Positions 48,082 through 59,199 of a stretch of DNA of 64,000 nucleotides are shown piece by piece (position 1 is the first letter of the stretch; each line of letters starts with the position of its first letter). A program made the position numbers and the translations under genes. The DNA lies in assembly GCA_049287005.1 (NCBI GenBank), contig JBAQEZ010000003.1:329745-393744 (forward strand), written 5' to 3'. This stretch comes from Candidatus Moraniibacteriota bacterium (lineage in GTDB: Bacteria > Patescibacteriota > Minisyncoccia > Moranbacterales > UBA1568). The notes beneath the pieces are model-generated. The model was not told where the DNA came from. It did not search any database and saw only the letters and a program-made list of their open reading frames with translations.

Positions 48082-48909
48082 TTACTTGTTGCCGGCGATG
48101 GCGAAGTTCGTCCAGGTGAGGGCGCCGGCGTAATTGGCGCTGATGGTCACGGTGGCCGGATTGCCCACGGTGCCAGGCAGGGTGTTGTTCGCACCGAGCA
48201 CGGTCAGACTATTGGTTGCTGACCCGCCGTAAGCGAAGCTGCCGATACCGTTGGCCGTGTAGTTGGCTTGGGTGTAGATGCCTTGGCCATTGCCCATTTT
48301 GAAGCTGTTGGCAGAGGCACCGGAACTGGCCAAGATGACTGCGCCGGTGCCGGAGCCGCTGGCGTTGAAGCCGCTGACGTTGTTTGCAGTACCGGTATTC
48401 ACCGTGTAACCGAGACTGAAGGCCGAGCCGCTGGCGTCCATGGTATTGCCGCCCGTGGTGTGCGCCTGGCCGTAGCCCACGTCGTTCATCGACGCGTAGT
48501 TGACGGTCGAGTGCTGTACGAGAGCCGCTGTGCCATCCGAGGACTGCGCGATCGCTGAGATGGATTGGCCGCTGGCGCCGTACATGGGCACGTACGACCC
48601 GATCCGGTTGTTCACCACTTGGATACCGCCGCCACCAGTGACAGATGCGTTGACGTCCAGTTTAGTCGTATCCACGCCGTACCCGTAAGGGTTATCGTTG
48701 TTGTTCAGAAACGAAGCGGTGCCGGCGACAGCGAAGCCGCCTGTCTGCACATTGGCATGCGTGGAGCCGGCTGCTACTGCATCGAAAGTGATGGTGCCAC
48801 TTCCGTTCCAGGTCGAGGTGACCGTGGTCGGAGCGGCGGAGGCTGTAGCCGGAGCCAGTGCTGCCGCGATGGCGAGGGAGAGGATCGTCGTCAAGAGATT
48901 CTTATTCAT
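48082..48909 (-). CDS. secreted Gly/Asn/Thr/Ser/Ala-rich repeat protein (275 aa), candidate CsgG-dependent substrate
   Basis: Signal peptide MNKNLLTTILSLAIAAALAPATASA. No Cys. Imperfect Gly/Asn/Gln/Thr-rich repeats such as GNGQGIYTQANYTANGIG. It is the last gene of the CsgG operon. Confidence 0.55.
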   Translation of the reverse strand: MNKNLLTTILSLAIAAALAPATASAAPTTVTSTWNGSGTITFDAVAAGSTHANVQTGGFAVAGTASFLNNNDNPYGYGVDTTKLDVNASVTGGGGIQVVNNRIGSYVPMYGASGQSISAIAQSSDGTAALVQHSTVNYASMNDVGYGQAHTTGGNTMDASGSAFSLGYTVNTGTANNVSGFNASGSGTGAVILASSGASANSFKMGNGQGIYTQANYTANGIGSFAYGGSATNSLTVLGANNTLPGTVGNPATVTISANYAGALTWTNFAIAGNK

Positions 48910-49056
48910 TCTATTCCCTTTTTAAAAGAAAGCAGGACATTGCCCTGTTTCAAACTAACATAGACCGGATGGCCTACGCCTTTAGTACCGTAGCATAGAA
49001 AAAACCCGGTGTCAAGAGTGACCCCGGGCCTCGTGCAATTTTTGCAGTACTGCTTA

Positions 49057-49998
49057 TTATTGTGTTGGGACAGTGTAGTCGAATGTGACAGGCTTCACGT
49101 AGAAGAACTGCTGATTCGCTTCCAGCTGCCGCATGAGGCTGGCAACCAGCACATCCATCACGGCGTAGTCGATCGGCAACTGGGTAGCTCCACCTACTTC
49201 GCCGGAGATGACGTGGTTATGCGCCGCTGACGTTGCTGTCGCGACACCGCCTACGGCCGTGGCCACGATGCTGGTCACGTCTCCGATGAAACGAGTGATG
49301 TGAAAGCCGGCGCTTTTTCCGACGACGGCCGTCTCGAGAGCGAGAGAGCTCATGACGAGACCTGTCGAGATATCGACGATCCGCAGGATAATGCCCACGC
49401 GTGCCGTCGATCCTTTTACGGAGAAACCGATGGCATCGACGTCGGCACCACCACCACCCGTGGCAACAGAGGAAGCATACATGGAGATGGCTCCCGTGAG
49501 CATGTAATTCGCTCCCGTCAGACCTCCATTCGGACCTCCTTTCTGGATCAGGCCGATATTTTTGGGTACGGTTTGTTGAACCATATCCGAGGATTGCTGC
49601 TTGGAGGGAGCCAGAAACTCATGACTGAGCTTGTACTCTTGCGCGATCAGCCCCAGATTGAAGGGGCTGCGTTCGGCAACCTTGAAACCGGCCAGTCTTG
49701 CATAATTGATCAGCAGGTCGGCACAAGCCTGTGTGACTGCTCGAGAATAGCGGACCTGTTCCGCATCGAGGAATTTGCCGGTTTTGTCCGTGCAGTCTCC
49801 TACCATGAGGACAATGCTTGGATTTGCATTCGATGCCCCTTGTTTGAGTTGCTCGATGAGCGAGAGTCCGGATACGACTTTCTCTCCCACGTATTCAGTC
49901 GGAGGTTCCTTCACGACTGTTAACGATGTACATCCTGTAGCCAAAAAGCCAAGCGCCAGCACTATGGCGAAGCGCGTAAACCAGACTGAATTCTTCAT
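49057..49998 (-). CDS. CsgG-family lipoprotein (curli production/transport component-like secretion channel)
   Basis: Lipobox LATGC. Segments PSIVLMVGDCTDKTGKF, TGANYMLTGAISMYASSVATGGGGAD and RVGIILRIVDISTGLVMSS align in order with E. coli CsgG segments KIFVSVYNIQDETGQF, ANIMVEGSIIGYESNVKSGGVGAR and IAVNLRVVNVSTGEILSS. Confidence 0.75.
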   Translation of the reverse strand: MKNSVWFTRFAIVLALGFLATGCTSLTVVKEPPTEYVGEKVVSGLSLIEQLKQGASNANPSIVLMVGDCTDKTGKFLDAEQVRYSRAVTQACADLLINYARLAGFKVAERSPFNLGLIAQEYKLSHEFLAPSKQQSSDMVQQTVPKNIGLIQKGGPNGGLTGANYMLTGAISMYASSVATGGGGADVDAIGFSVKGSTARVGIILRIVDISTGLVMSSLALETAVVGKSAGFHITRFIGDVTSIVATAVGGVATATSAAHNHVISGEVGGATQLPIDYAVMDVLVASLMRQLEANQQFFYVKPVTFDYTVPTQ

Positions 49999-50030
49999 TA
50001 TTATTCGCCTCTCTGTGTCGGGGGGGGGGA

Positions 50031-50477
50031 TTACTTGGGGCCGTTGGTAGACGTTGATGTCGTCAATGACGAGCCCGGGCCCTGCGATGAATCAACACTG
50101 ACCGCTGAACTGGAGTTGTTCTGCGCCGCCGAATCTTTGAAAGCCGGATCGTGTTGCGTCGAAACATAGACCGATCCGCCGTTTTGCAATAACGGCTGCG
50201 CATTCACATTGGTTTCTCCACCGGTCACAGTCTTGGTGGAGTAGTCGTTGAAAGTCGGCGAGCTCGGAGCAAGCGTGATATTGCCTGGTAGCAATCCTCC
50301 GCCACTCATGCGATAGGCCGCCTGAGCTTCCCAATATCCCGGTGGAACAAATGCTCCACCTGCGGCGGTCGTCGGTTGCCAAGTCATCAAATCGCCAGCT
50401 ATTGCTGCCAGCGAAGTGATTCCCAGAATGAAAAACAGCATGATGCCTTTAAGGATGGCAAACTGTTGGTATTTCAT
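50031..50477 (-). CDS. small secreted protein (148 aa), candidate CsgE/CsgF-like accessory
   Basis: Signal peptide, Gly/Ser/Thr/Asn-rich; immediately upstream of the CsgG-like gene. Confidence 0.45.
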   Translation of the reverse strand: MKYQQFAILKGIMLFFILGITSLAAIAGDLMTWQPTTAAGGAFVPPGYWEAQAAYRMSGGGLLPGNITLAPSSPTFNDYSTKTVTGGETNVNAQPLLQNGGSVYVSTQHDPAFKDSAAQNNSSSAVSVDSSQGPGSSLTTSTSTNGPK

Positions 50478-50763
50478 TGTCGATCTCCTTGGTTGAGGGT
50501 TGTATTGCCGGCTTCGGGAAAAGGGTCACTGTGTTCGGATCTACGAACGATGGAGACACTTGTCCTTGTTCCGTTTCGGCAGGACGCGCTCCACCGGGAG
50601 CACGTAAGTCGAACTCAAGACCCGCCGGAGCGGGAGGTATTCCTGGGTGTTGGGGACAAATCGGCATGGCTGCCGTTTTCTCCACATGCGCCAAGTTTTC
50701 CGAAGATGCTTGTGCGATCAAACCGACCGAAAGAAACACCATCAGAATAACGGACTTGTACAT
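50449..50763 (-). CDS. small secreted protein (104 aa), Pro-rich
   Basis: Start at MYKSVILMVFLSVGLIAQASS (signal peptide); first gene of the minus-strand operon. Confidence 0.4.
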   Translation of the reverse strand: MYKSVILMVFLSVGLIAQASSENLAHVEKTAAMPICPQHPGIPPAPAGLEFDLRAPGGARPAETEQGQVSPSFVDPNTVTLFPKPAIQPSTKEIDNEIPTVCHP

Positions 50764-51037
50764 AACAACTCCTTTCACGTATTTGAACCTGATTGTCAAC
50801 GAACGATTTGACATTTATTGATAGCATATTCCAGCGTTCTTGTCAAGAATGAGTATCCGAGGGTTGAAAACCTATTGAAGCAGCACTTAGTTGACAGGAG
50901 TTTTTCGCGCGAGTATACTTCACAGTGTTGTTTTTTCAAATCCTTTCAAAACAAGATATCCGGATTTTTTCGGTCCGGTATTTTTTTATAATCCAGGAAA
51001 GTATATGTGTGAACATATGCTTTTTATTTTTTGACTG

Positions 51038-52681
51038 ATGCCTATGCACAAATATTTGAGCCTCCAAGAAAAAATAAAGCGGAATTGGAAATCAGGATTG
51101 ACCGTTTCTTTCGTATCGGTACCATTGTCGATCTCATTGGCGGTAGCCGCCGGTGCCACTCCTTTGATGGGGGTGATCACGGCTATTTGGGCCGGACTCA
51201 TCGCCTCTTTTGTCGGCGGAAGCAACTATAATATCGTCGGTCCGACCGGAGCGCTCTCCGGGATCTTGATCGTGTACGCCATGACGTACGGTGTAGCCAT
51301 CCTGCCGATGCTCGCCATCCTGGCGGGACTCTTCATCCTGGTCGTTTATGCTCTCCGTTGGGAGCGGTACATCATCTTCGTCCCATCCAGCGTCGTCCAC
51401 GGCTTTACGCTCGGCGTGGCGTTCATCATAGCTCTCGGGCAGCTCAATTTCGCGCTGGGGTTGCAGGGTCTCGCTGCCCACGAAAGATTGATAGACAATA
51501 TGGCGGAAAGCATGCTTCATCTGAACACTCTCCATTGGTGGACTTTCGCCGTGTTCACTTTCGGAGTGCTGTTTCTTTTCGTTTGGAAAAAGTTTTACAG
51601 TAATGTGCCCGGAGTGATCATTCTTGCTCCGCTCGGCATACTCTTGGGCTATGTTTCCCAGGCGGGTATCGTCGATATCCATCTGCAGACGCTCTTTTCG
51701 AAATTCGGGGACATTTCCGGCAGTCTGTGGGCGATACCGAAGATATCATTGGTCATGAACGAGAATATCGTCACAGGAGCGCTCGCTATCAGCCTGGTCG
51801 CTATCCTGGAAACGTTGTTGTCCGCGAAAGTGGCTGATGGGATGACCAAAACGAAACATAACGTGAGAAAAGAAGTACTCGGCGCCGGTCTTGCCAATAT
51901 CGCATCCGGCGTATTCGGAGGGATACCGGCCACGGCTGCTCTGGCGAGAACCGCGCTCAATATCAAGAGCGGGGCGACCGACAAGATGTCCGCGACCATC
52001 AATAGCGTCTGTGTCATTCTTATTTCCCTCGTGTTCCTTTCCGTATTCAAATATCTCCCGCTTTCCATTATTGCCGCTGTGCTTGTTTTTATCGCCATCC
52101 AGATGGTCGAGAAAAAACACTACATCGCCATCTATAGGAATGATAAGTCGGCCCTGTTCGTCTCTCTCTTGGTAGCGGTGGTCACTATCGTCATCGATCC
52201 GATGTCCGGACTGTTGATGGGGGCCGCGGCCGCGCTGCTCATCTTTGTCGACAAAATGTCAAAATCTGAAGCGGAAATAACGATCAACAAGAACAAGAGG
52301 ATCATCCGCAGGGTGAATGCGACCCAGCTGCTCAAGACCAAGGATCATGGGGATGTCCTGGTCTACCGTTTCGCCGGACAGCTGACGTATGTCAATGTCC
52401 GCTCGCATATGAATACGATCGTGGCGATGAACGGCGGCGCCAAGTTCGTGATACTCAGTTTGCGCAACCTGTTTTTCATCGATATGGATGGCGTCGAGGC
52501 GCTCGGGGAAATGATCGATATCCTGGAGGCCAAAGGCAAGAAAGTTTTTATTTCCGCCATCAGCGGATTGGTGAGCGATTCCTTGAAAAAGGAACATTGG
52601 TCTATCGAAATGCACAAGAAAGAACGGGTGTTCGAGAGTACCCAAGACGCCCTCCAATCGATTGATGCGGTGTCCGCCTGA
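51038..52681 (+). CDS. SulP family anion transporter with C-terminal STAS domain
   Basis: The SulP signature region VGPTGALSGIL and surrounding residues, multiple TM helices, and a STAS domain (VLVYRFAGQLTYVNV...FIDMDGVEAL). Confidence 0.85.
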   Translation: MPMHKYLSLQEKIKRNWKSGLTVSFVSVPLSISLAVAAGATPLMGVITAIWAGLIASFVGGSNYNIVGPTGALSGILIVYAMTYGVAILPMLAILAGLFILVVYALRWERYIIFVPSSVVHGFTLGVAFIIALGQLNFALGLQGLAAHERLIDNMAESMLHLNTLHWWTFAVFTFGVLFLFVWKKFYSNVPGVIILAPLGILLGYVSQAGIVDIHLQTLFSKFGDISGSLWAIPKISLVMNENIVTGALAISLVAILETLLSAKVADGMTKTKHNVRKEVLGAGLANIASGVFGGIPATAALARTALNIKSGATDKMSATINSVCVILISLVFLSVFKYLPLSIIAAVLVFIAIQMVEKKHYIAIYRNDKSALFVSLLVAVVTIVIDPMSGLLMGAAAALLIFVDKMSKSEAEITINKNKRIIRRVNATQLLKTKDHGDVLVYRFAGQLTYVNVRSHMNTIVAMNGGAKFVILSLRNLFFIDMDGVEALGEMIDILEAKGKKVFISAISGLVSDSLKKEHWSIEMHKKERVFESTQDALQSIDAVSA

Positions 52682-52718
52682 TGCCCTCTTGCTGCTTCTT
52701 TCTTTCGGCCAACCTGAG

Positions 52719-52758
52719 AGGGCTCCCTCCCAAGGCAGGCAGGGGTTTTTGTTTCATG
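52719..52758 (+). repeat. 38-nt repeat element, copy 2
   Basis: GAGGGCTCCCTCCCAAGGCAGGCAGGGGTTTTTGTTT; see copy 1 at 45407. Confidence 0.5.
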
Positions 52759-52843
52759 TGGAAAACTTTTTCCCAGAAGCACCTTCACATTTTGCTGAAA
52801 AGTGGTATAATTGGGATGTCACTTTGATAACAAACACAAAATC

Positions 52844-53275
52844 ATGTTGAAAATAAAAAAGAGCACTGCGCTGATCGCGCTGGTGGTGTTGGTGAGCGTC
52901 TTCGTGTATTACCGGTACGCGACAAAAATATTGCAGGTGAATAAGGGCAAGGAAGCGATCCCGACGACCGAGGTTCTGCCGGTCGCATCGAAAAAAGTGA
53001 GCGCGGTAGTGAGTTATATGGTGACGGAGGACAAAAAAGACACGCTCCGATTCGCTCTGACGCTGGATAAGCAAGGAATAATCACCGAGGTTGCCACGCT
53101 GGACGCGGAGACGAATGAAGTTCCTGAAAAGAAAAAGCCGTTCAATGAGCAGGTCTCGGTTATGATCGTAGGGAAGAAATTAAGCGAACTCTCGGCCATT
53201 GATAACGTCGCCAAATCGACTTTGACGACGAATGCTTTCAACAGCGTCGTCGATCAACTGAAAGCGCAGCTCTAA
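52844..53275 (+). CDS. membrane-anchored FMN-binding-domain-like protein, probable ApbE flavinylation substrate
   Basis: N-terminal TM. The C-terminal DNVAKSTLTT resembles the D.[VI]SGAT.[ST] flavinylation motif. It is immediately upstream of and abutting apbE. Confidence 0.5.
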   Translation: MLKIKKSTALIALVVLVSVFVYYRYATKILQVNKGKEAIPTTEVLPVASKKVSAVVSYMVTEDKKDTLRFALTLDKQGIITEVATLDAETNEVPEKKKPFNEQVSVMIVGKKLSELSAIDNVAKSTLTTNAFNSVVDQLKAQL

Positions 53276-53278
53276 GTG

Positions 53279-54148
53279 ATGGAAAAATTTTCTTTTACCG
53301 GATTGGGGACAGAGTGGTCTGTCACCGTTGACGGCCAACCGTTACGAGACCAGGCACAGGCGGCCATTCTCCGCTTTGTTCAGGAGTTCGAAGCCCGCTT
53401 CTCGCGGTTTTTGCCGGGATCTGAAGTCAATACATTCCGAGAATCGCCCGCGGGCGATTTTATGCTTTCTCGGGAATTCGCACTCTTGCTGGCTACGGCG
53501 GACCGGCTGAGGGTTTTGACCAATGGCGCCTATGATCCAGCCGTGGCCAGCGCGCTCGAAGATGCCGGCTATGGCGCTCAGTATGGATTGAAGCCGCTCG
53601 CAAAAAGCGAGGGAGCACGCGTTCCCGGATGGTCGCTCGCAGGCGACAGGCTGACGATCGAGGGTCCGATTGCATTTGATCTCGGAGGTATTGGGAAAGG
53701 ATATTGCATCGATCGGGTAGCTGAGATAGTTAAGCGTTTTGGATATAATTATTTTCTTGTGGATGGCGGTGGAGATATGACGGCGACAACGAAAGCGGAC
53801 GGAAGCACATGGCGGATTGCCGTTGAATATCCCGGGAAACCGGATACGGCTGCGAGCATTGTGAATTTATCAAATCAGGGGATCGCTGTATCAGACAGTT
53901 TTCGTCGGCGCTTTGGAAAAGGGCATCATTTGATAGATGCACAAAAGAGAAAACCAGTGGAGAAAATCATCGGGTGTGCCGCCGTAGCGAGAGATGCCTG
54001 GGCGGCTGACTGCATGACTTCCGGACTTTTCTTCGCGCCACCTGAGAATTATCACGCTTTGGCACAGGAGTTCGAAGCTAGTTATATCGTTTTTCAAAAC
54101 GATGGGACGGCAAAAGTAAGTCCTGATTGGCAAGGGGAATTATTATGA
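53279..54148 (+). CDS. apbE: FAD:protein FMN transferase (ApbE family)
   Basis: ApbE core FDLGGIGKGYCIDRV and the GGDMTA region; the ATG at 53279 follows the listed GTG. Confidence 0.85.
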   Translation: MEKFSFTGLGTEWSVTVDGQPLRDQAQAAILRFVQEFEARFSRFLPGSEVNTFRESPAGDFMLSREFALLLATADRLRVLTNGAYDPAVASALEDAGYGAQYGLKPLAKSEGARVPGWSLAGDRLTIEGPIAFDLGGIGKGYCIDRVAEIVKRFGYNYFLVDGGGDMTATTKADGSTWRIAVEYPGKPDTAASIVNLSNQGIAVSDSFRRRFGKGHHLIDAQKRKPVEKIIGCAAVARDAWAADCMTSGLFFAPPENYHALAQEFEASYIVFQNDGTAKVSPDWQGELL

Positions 54149-54191
54149 GTGGGGTTTGACTTCCCTTCTGTTTTTTGCGATACTCCATTGA

Positions 54192-55634
<1,443 letters not shown>

Positions 55635-55924
55635 ACCGGAAGTTTCAAACCTCCGCTTAAGATAGTTCATCAATATAACGATGCTATTGGAAGCGGAGGC
55701 TATTTTTTTGATTCTGCGTAAATTCGAATATGTTTGACTTTTTTCTTTCGGCAATTTATACTATTGGCACAGGGGTTACTATTGAATACGGATGTATGCG
55801 AGGAAATATTAGTTTCATTATTAAGACAAAGACAAGCTCATTTTTGAGAGCTGGTTTTTGACTTTCTTCTGAACTTCCAAGGAAATTTCAAACGAGCTCT
55901 CAAGAAGGGCTCGTTTTTCTTTTT

Positions 55925-56254
55925 ATGGAGGAAAATCAAATGCCAAGTTTAGAGAAACAGAACCTTAATAATCAGCAATCCGATGCAAACAAGGAGCAAG
56001 CACGTTTTTGTAGTGCTATACGCGAAGCCTTTAGTTTGTTGAAAAAACAAAAGAAAGGATGTGTCGTCATTGATACTGGCTTCATTTTTCGTACGCATAG
56101 GCTAGTCCTTGAGCTCACGGAAAATGGTTGGGTTTTACGGCCAAATAATTATCTTCATCCCTCGGAGGTAATCAAACGTTACCCAGAAAGGAGTCGTCGC
56201 GCGCGATTTTACAGAATGCGCCATGCCCAAAAATGTTGGCTCAGCCTTGTTTGA
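55925..56254 (+). CDS. small hypothetical protein (109 aa)
   Basis: ORF preceded by a hairpin; no known motif. Confidence 0.3.
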   Translation: MEENQMPSLEKQNLNNQQSDANKEQARFCSAIREAFSLLKKQKKGCVVIDTGFIFRTHRLVLELTENGWVLRPNNYLHPSEVIKRYPERSRRARFYRMRHAQKCWLSLV

Positions 56255-56393
56255 TTGGAATAACAGTCACTGGAGCAGAACCTTGCTCCAGTTTTTCTTT
56301 GTTAAAAAGCATTTTTTGAGAAAAAAAACGGCCGCATCCTTGGGGGATTCCCAAAGACACGGCGTGAAAAGTTTTGTATACAAGCAGGGGATG

Positions 56394-57944
56394 TTACTCC
56401 CATTCGATCGTTGCGGGGGGCTTGGTGTTGTAATCGAAGATGCAACGAGAAATGCCATGCGTGCTCGTTGCTATTGCCCGGATTTCTTCTTCGATATCCC
56501 GCGGCAGGTAGTAGGGATCAGCTGTCATGAAATCGACTGACACAACCGGACGAACAGCGATGACCGGGCCATAGACGCGGCTGTCACCTTTTTGGCCTGT
56601 GGTATTGATTCCCCACAATCCGACGACGAGCTGTGAAATCATTTCCAGGTGGCCGGTGCGTTCGAGAATGAGACTGGTACCCTCTTCTTTTTCAGCGACA
56701 ATGTCAAGGCGCTGGAGAGTGACCGGAATACCAATCACCCTTGGGATATTACCCGGTCCTGGAAAGGGCGGACGATTGTAGACGCTTTCTGGGAGACCAG
56801 CCTCCCGTCCCAAGAGACGTACTTGATGCTTGAAAAGATGTGCCAAAGGAGTGAGCTCTTTAAAGCCGAGCTCTTTCCATGGGATACCCTTGTTGTGATG
56901 GGTTTTGATGTGGACTCCACCCCGGTGTCCCGATTCAATTTCATCCGCGATGTTGGTACCATCGCCCATCGTCACTCCTTCCTTGAACCGCTGGCGGAAG
57001 GCGACGATTTGTCGAGTGTAAATGCCCTGGAATATCTTGCGCTTCTCTTCGCCATTGATGGTGTGAGCGAAAGCTTCATCCACTTCATCTCTTGCATCCA
57101 AAAGGTGCCAGGGCAAGCCGAGATGTTTGGCGATGCTCTTCTGAAAAGCAACATCACCCCTTCGCTGGTTGCCACAGTCCACGGTGACCAAGTGCGTGCG
57201 GTCTTTCAGTTCCTTTGGGACATGGGCGGCCATGGTCGAAGAGTCAACGCCGGCGCTGAAGGGAATGACGAGCTGGCCGTCACCAACGATCTCAATGATA
57301 CGCTCGCGGATAGCATCGCCTTCTCGCGATTTTTGTATGTTGGCTTGGCATCCGGCGATCTTCGTCAGAAAGTTGACGATCATCTTTTCTCCCCACTTCG
57401 TGTGAGTTACCTCGGGATGGAATTGGACTGCCTCATGCGTACCATCGCCCATGGCCGCGAGCACATCCTGACCTGTGTAGGCATAAGCGGTAAAGCCAGG
57501 CGGGACTTTTACGACACGATCCCCGTGATTGGACCAGACCACTTGCTCCGATGGCATTTCGCTGAGGAGGCTACCGTGATGAATGATACGCAAGTTGGTT
57601 CTGCCGTGTTCAGGCTGGCCGGGTTTGACCTCTCCTCCGAGGAGATAAGCCATAGCTTGCATGCCGAAGCAGATTCCGAAAATTGGCATGAGCCGTCCAT
57701 CTTTCCGCTTGAGGTCAAAGAGTTCTTTGGGTGGCAGAGGAGCGTCTTTGTCATCCACGCTCATTGCGCCGCCGGAGAGAATGACGGTTTGAACGGGATT
57801 TTGGTTGAGCCAATTCATGAGGCCTTCCAGTCCTATGACCGTAGAACGAAAACCATGCTTTTCAACGACTTCCTTGATCTTGAATGTAGTTTGCGACCGG
57901 CATTGGACGATTGCGACTTGCGGGAGATTCGAGGCTGTAAGCAT
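56394..57944 (-). CDS. guaA: GMP synthase (glutamine-hydrolysing)
   Basis: GATase domain (GICFGMQ), ATP-PPase SAGVDSS, and the C-terminal KPPATIEWE signature. Confidence 0.95.
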   Translation of the reverse strand: MLTASNLPQVAIVQCRSQTTFKIKEVVEKHGFRSTVIGLEGLMNWLNQNPVQTVILSGGAMSVDDKDAPLPPKELFDLKRKDGRLMPIFGICFGMQAMAYLLGGEVKPGQPEHGRTNLRIIHHGSLLSEMPSEQVVWSNHGDRVVKVPPGFTAYAYTGQDVLAAMGDGTHEAVQFHPEVTHTKWGEKMIVNFLTKIAGCQANIQKSREGDAIRERIIEIVGDGQLVIPFSAGVDSSTMAAHVPKELKDRTHLVTVDCGNQRRGDVAFQKSIAKHLGLPWHLLDARDEVDEAFAHTINGEEKRKIFQGIYTRQIVAFRQRFKEGVTMGDGTNIADEIESGHRGGVHIKTHHNKGIPWKELGFKELTPLAHLFKHQVRLLGREAGLPESVYNRPPFPGPGNIPRVIGIPVTLQRLDIVAEKEEGTSLILERTGHLEMISQLVVGLWGINTTGQKGDSRVYGPVIAVRPVVSVDFMTADPYYLPRDIEEEIRAIATSTHGISRCIFDYNTKPPATIEWE

Positions 57945-58208
57945 GGTAGTTATCCTCTCGGTAGGAAGGGTTGATGGGATACAGATTGGAAATGAACTTC
58001 CCCACAGGCTAGCAGAAAAGCCATATTTTGGGAAGAAATCAAGTTCTAGTCCGAAAACTTGTGCGACTGGCCCCTCTTTTCTTTTTGTGCGGTTTCGTTG
58101 ACTGGAGGATGAACTTTTGCTACTCTATAATATGGTCTTTAAAAATATATTCTAGCGAGGCTTTATTAAAGCCTTATTTTTGCAACTGTTTCCTGAAAGG
58201 AGGATGTC

Positions 58209-58928
58209 ATGGCGATGAAAGTAAAACCAAGGATTTGGGTGTTGGCATCGGGTGATGCAACTGGCGGTGGTTCCGGTTTTCAGGAAATGGTGGAATACAC
58301 CAAGACAGAGCCTGCCATACTACACGCCGAGATTGTTGGTGTGACATCAAACCATCCTTCTGGCGGAGTGTTCAAGAGAGCTCGCGCGCTGGGGATGGGA
58401 GGCATCTTTCATTACTGGCCTGGACCTTTTACGGCAGCAGGATACCGCGAGCGGTTCGAAGCATCTGGTGCGGAATGGATCATGTGTTCTGGGTGGCTGT
58501 ATCCGGTCTCTGGTCTGAATCCGGCGAGAACCGTCAACATCCATCCGGGACCGCTGCCGCGCTTCGGCGGCAAGGGGATGTGGGGGCACCACGTTCACGA
58601 GGCGGTCATGGCTGCCTATCATCGTGGCGAACTGCAGCAGAGTGCCGTGACGATGCACTTCGTTTTTGACTATGAAGAGCAGAAAAAGCGAGGGGTCGCT
58701 GACCCATACGACAAGGATCCGATCATCTGTCAATTTCCTGTCCTCATCCGCCTCGACGATACGCCGGAAACGTTGGCGAAACGGGTGAACGAGGTGGAGC
58801 GGGTCATGCAATCCCGCGTCCTCGATCTTCTCGTGAATGGGCACGTCTGGTTGGACGATGGCGGCGGGGTGCAGTATGACCTGCTCGCCGGCATGACACT
58901 TTCTGCGATGGGAGGGATGCCCCGATAG
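58209..58928 (+). CDS. purN: phosphoribosylglycinamide formyltransferase-like (PurN family)
   Basis: RIWVLASG N-terminus and NIHPGPLPRFGG (compare PurN NIHPSLLPxF.G). Confidence 0.65.
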   Translation: MAMKVKPRIWVLASGDATGGGSGFQEMVEYTKTEPAILHAEIVGVTSNHPSGGVFKRARALGMGGIFHYWPGPFTAAGYRERFEASGAEWIMCSGWLYPVSGLNPARTVNIHPGPLPRFGGKGMWGHHVHEAVMAAYHRGELQQSAVTMHFVFDYEEQKKRGVADPYDKDPIICQFPVLIRLDDTPETLAKRVNEVERVMQSRVLDLLVNGHVWLDDGGGVQYDLLAGMTLSAMGGMPR

Positions 58929-59199
58929 CTCGGTGGATTTTCATAGCTCCGCCAATGAACGCCGCATCCTAGAGTTGCTTGCCGCTTGCCGCTCGAATCA
59001 TGGGTTGCCAGCGGTTTTTCTTTTTCTTGCCTCTTTTGAGGCCTTTTGATAGACTATGAGACCTGCTTTGGCAGGCGAGGCGCCCTTTAAAAACCTGTAT
59101 TTTAACGAAGAGCCAGCTAGATTTCAGCCAGTGGAGGTTGTTTTTGGCCTTCACAGCCATATTCGCAGTTTCGTGCAGTTCAACCAGAGGAGAGTCACC

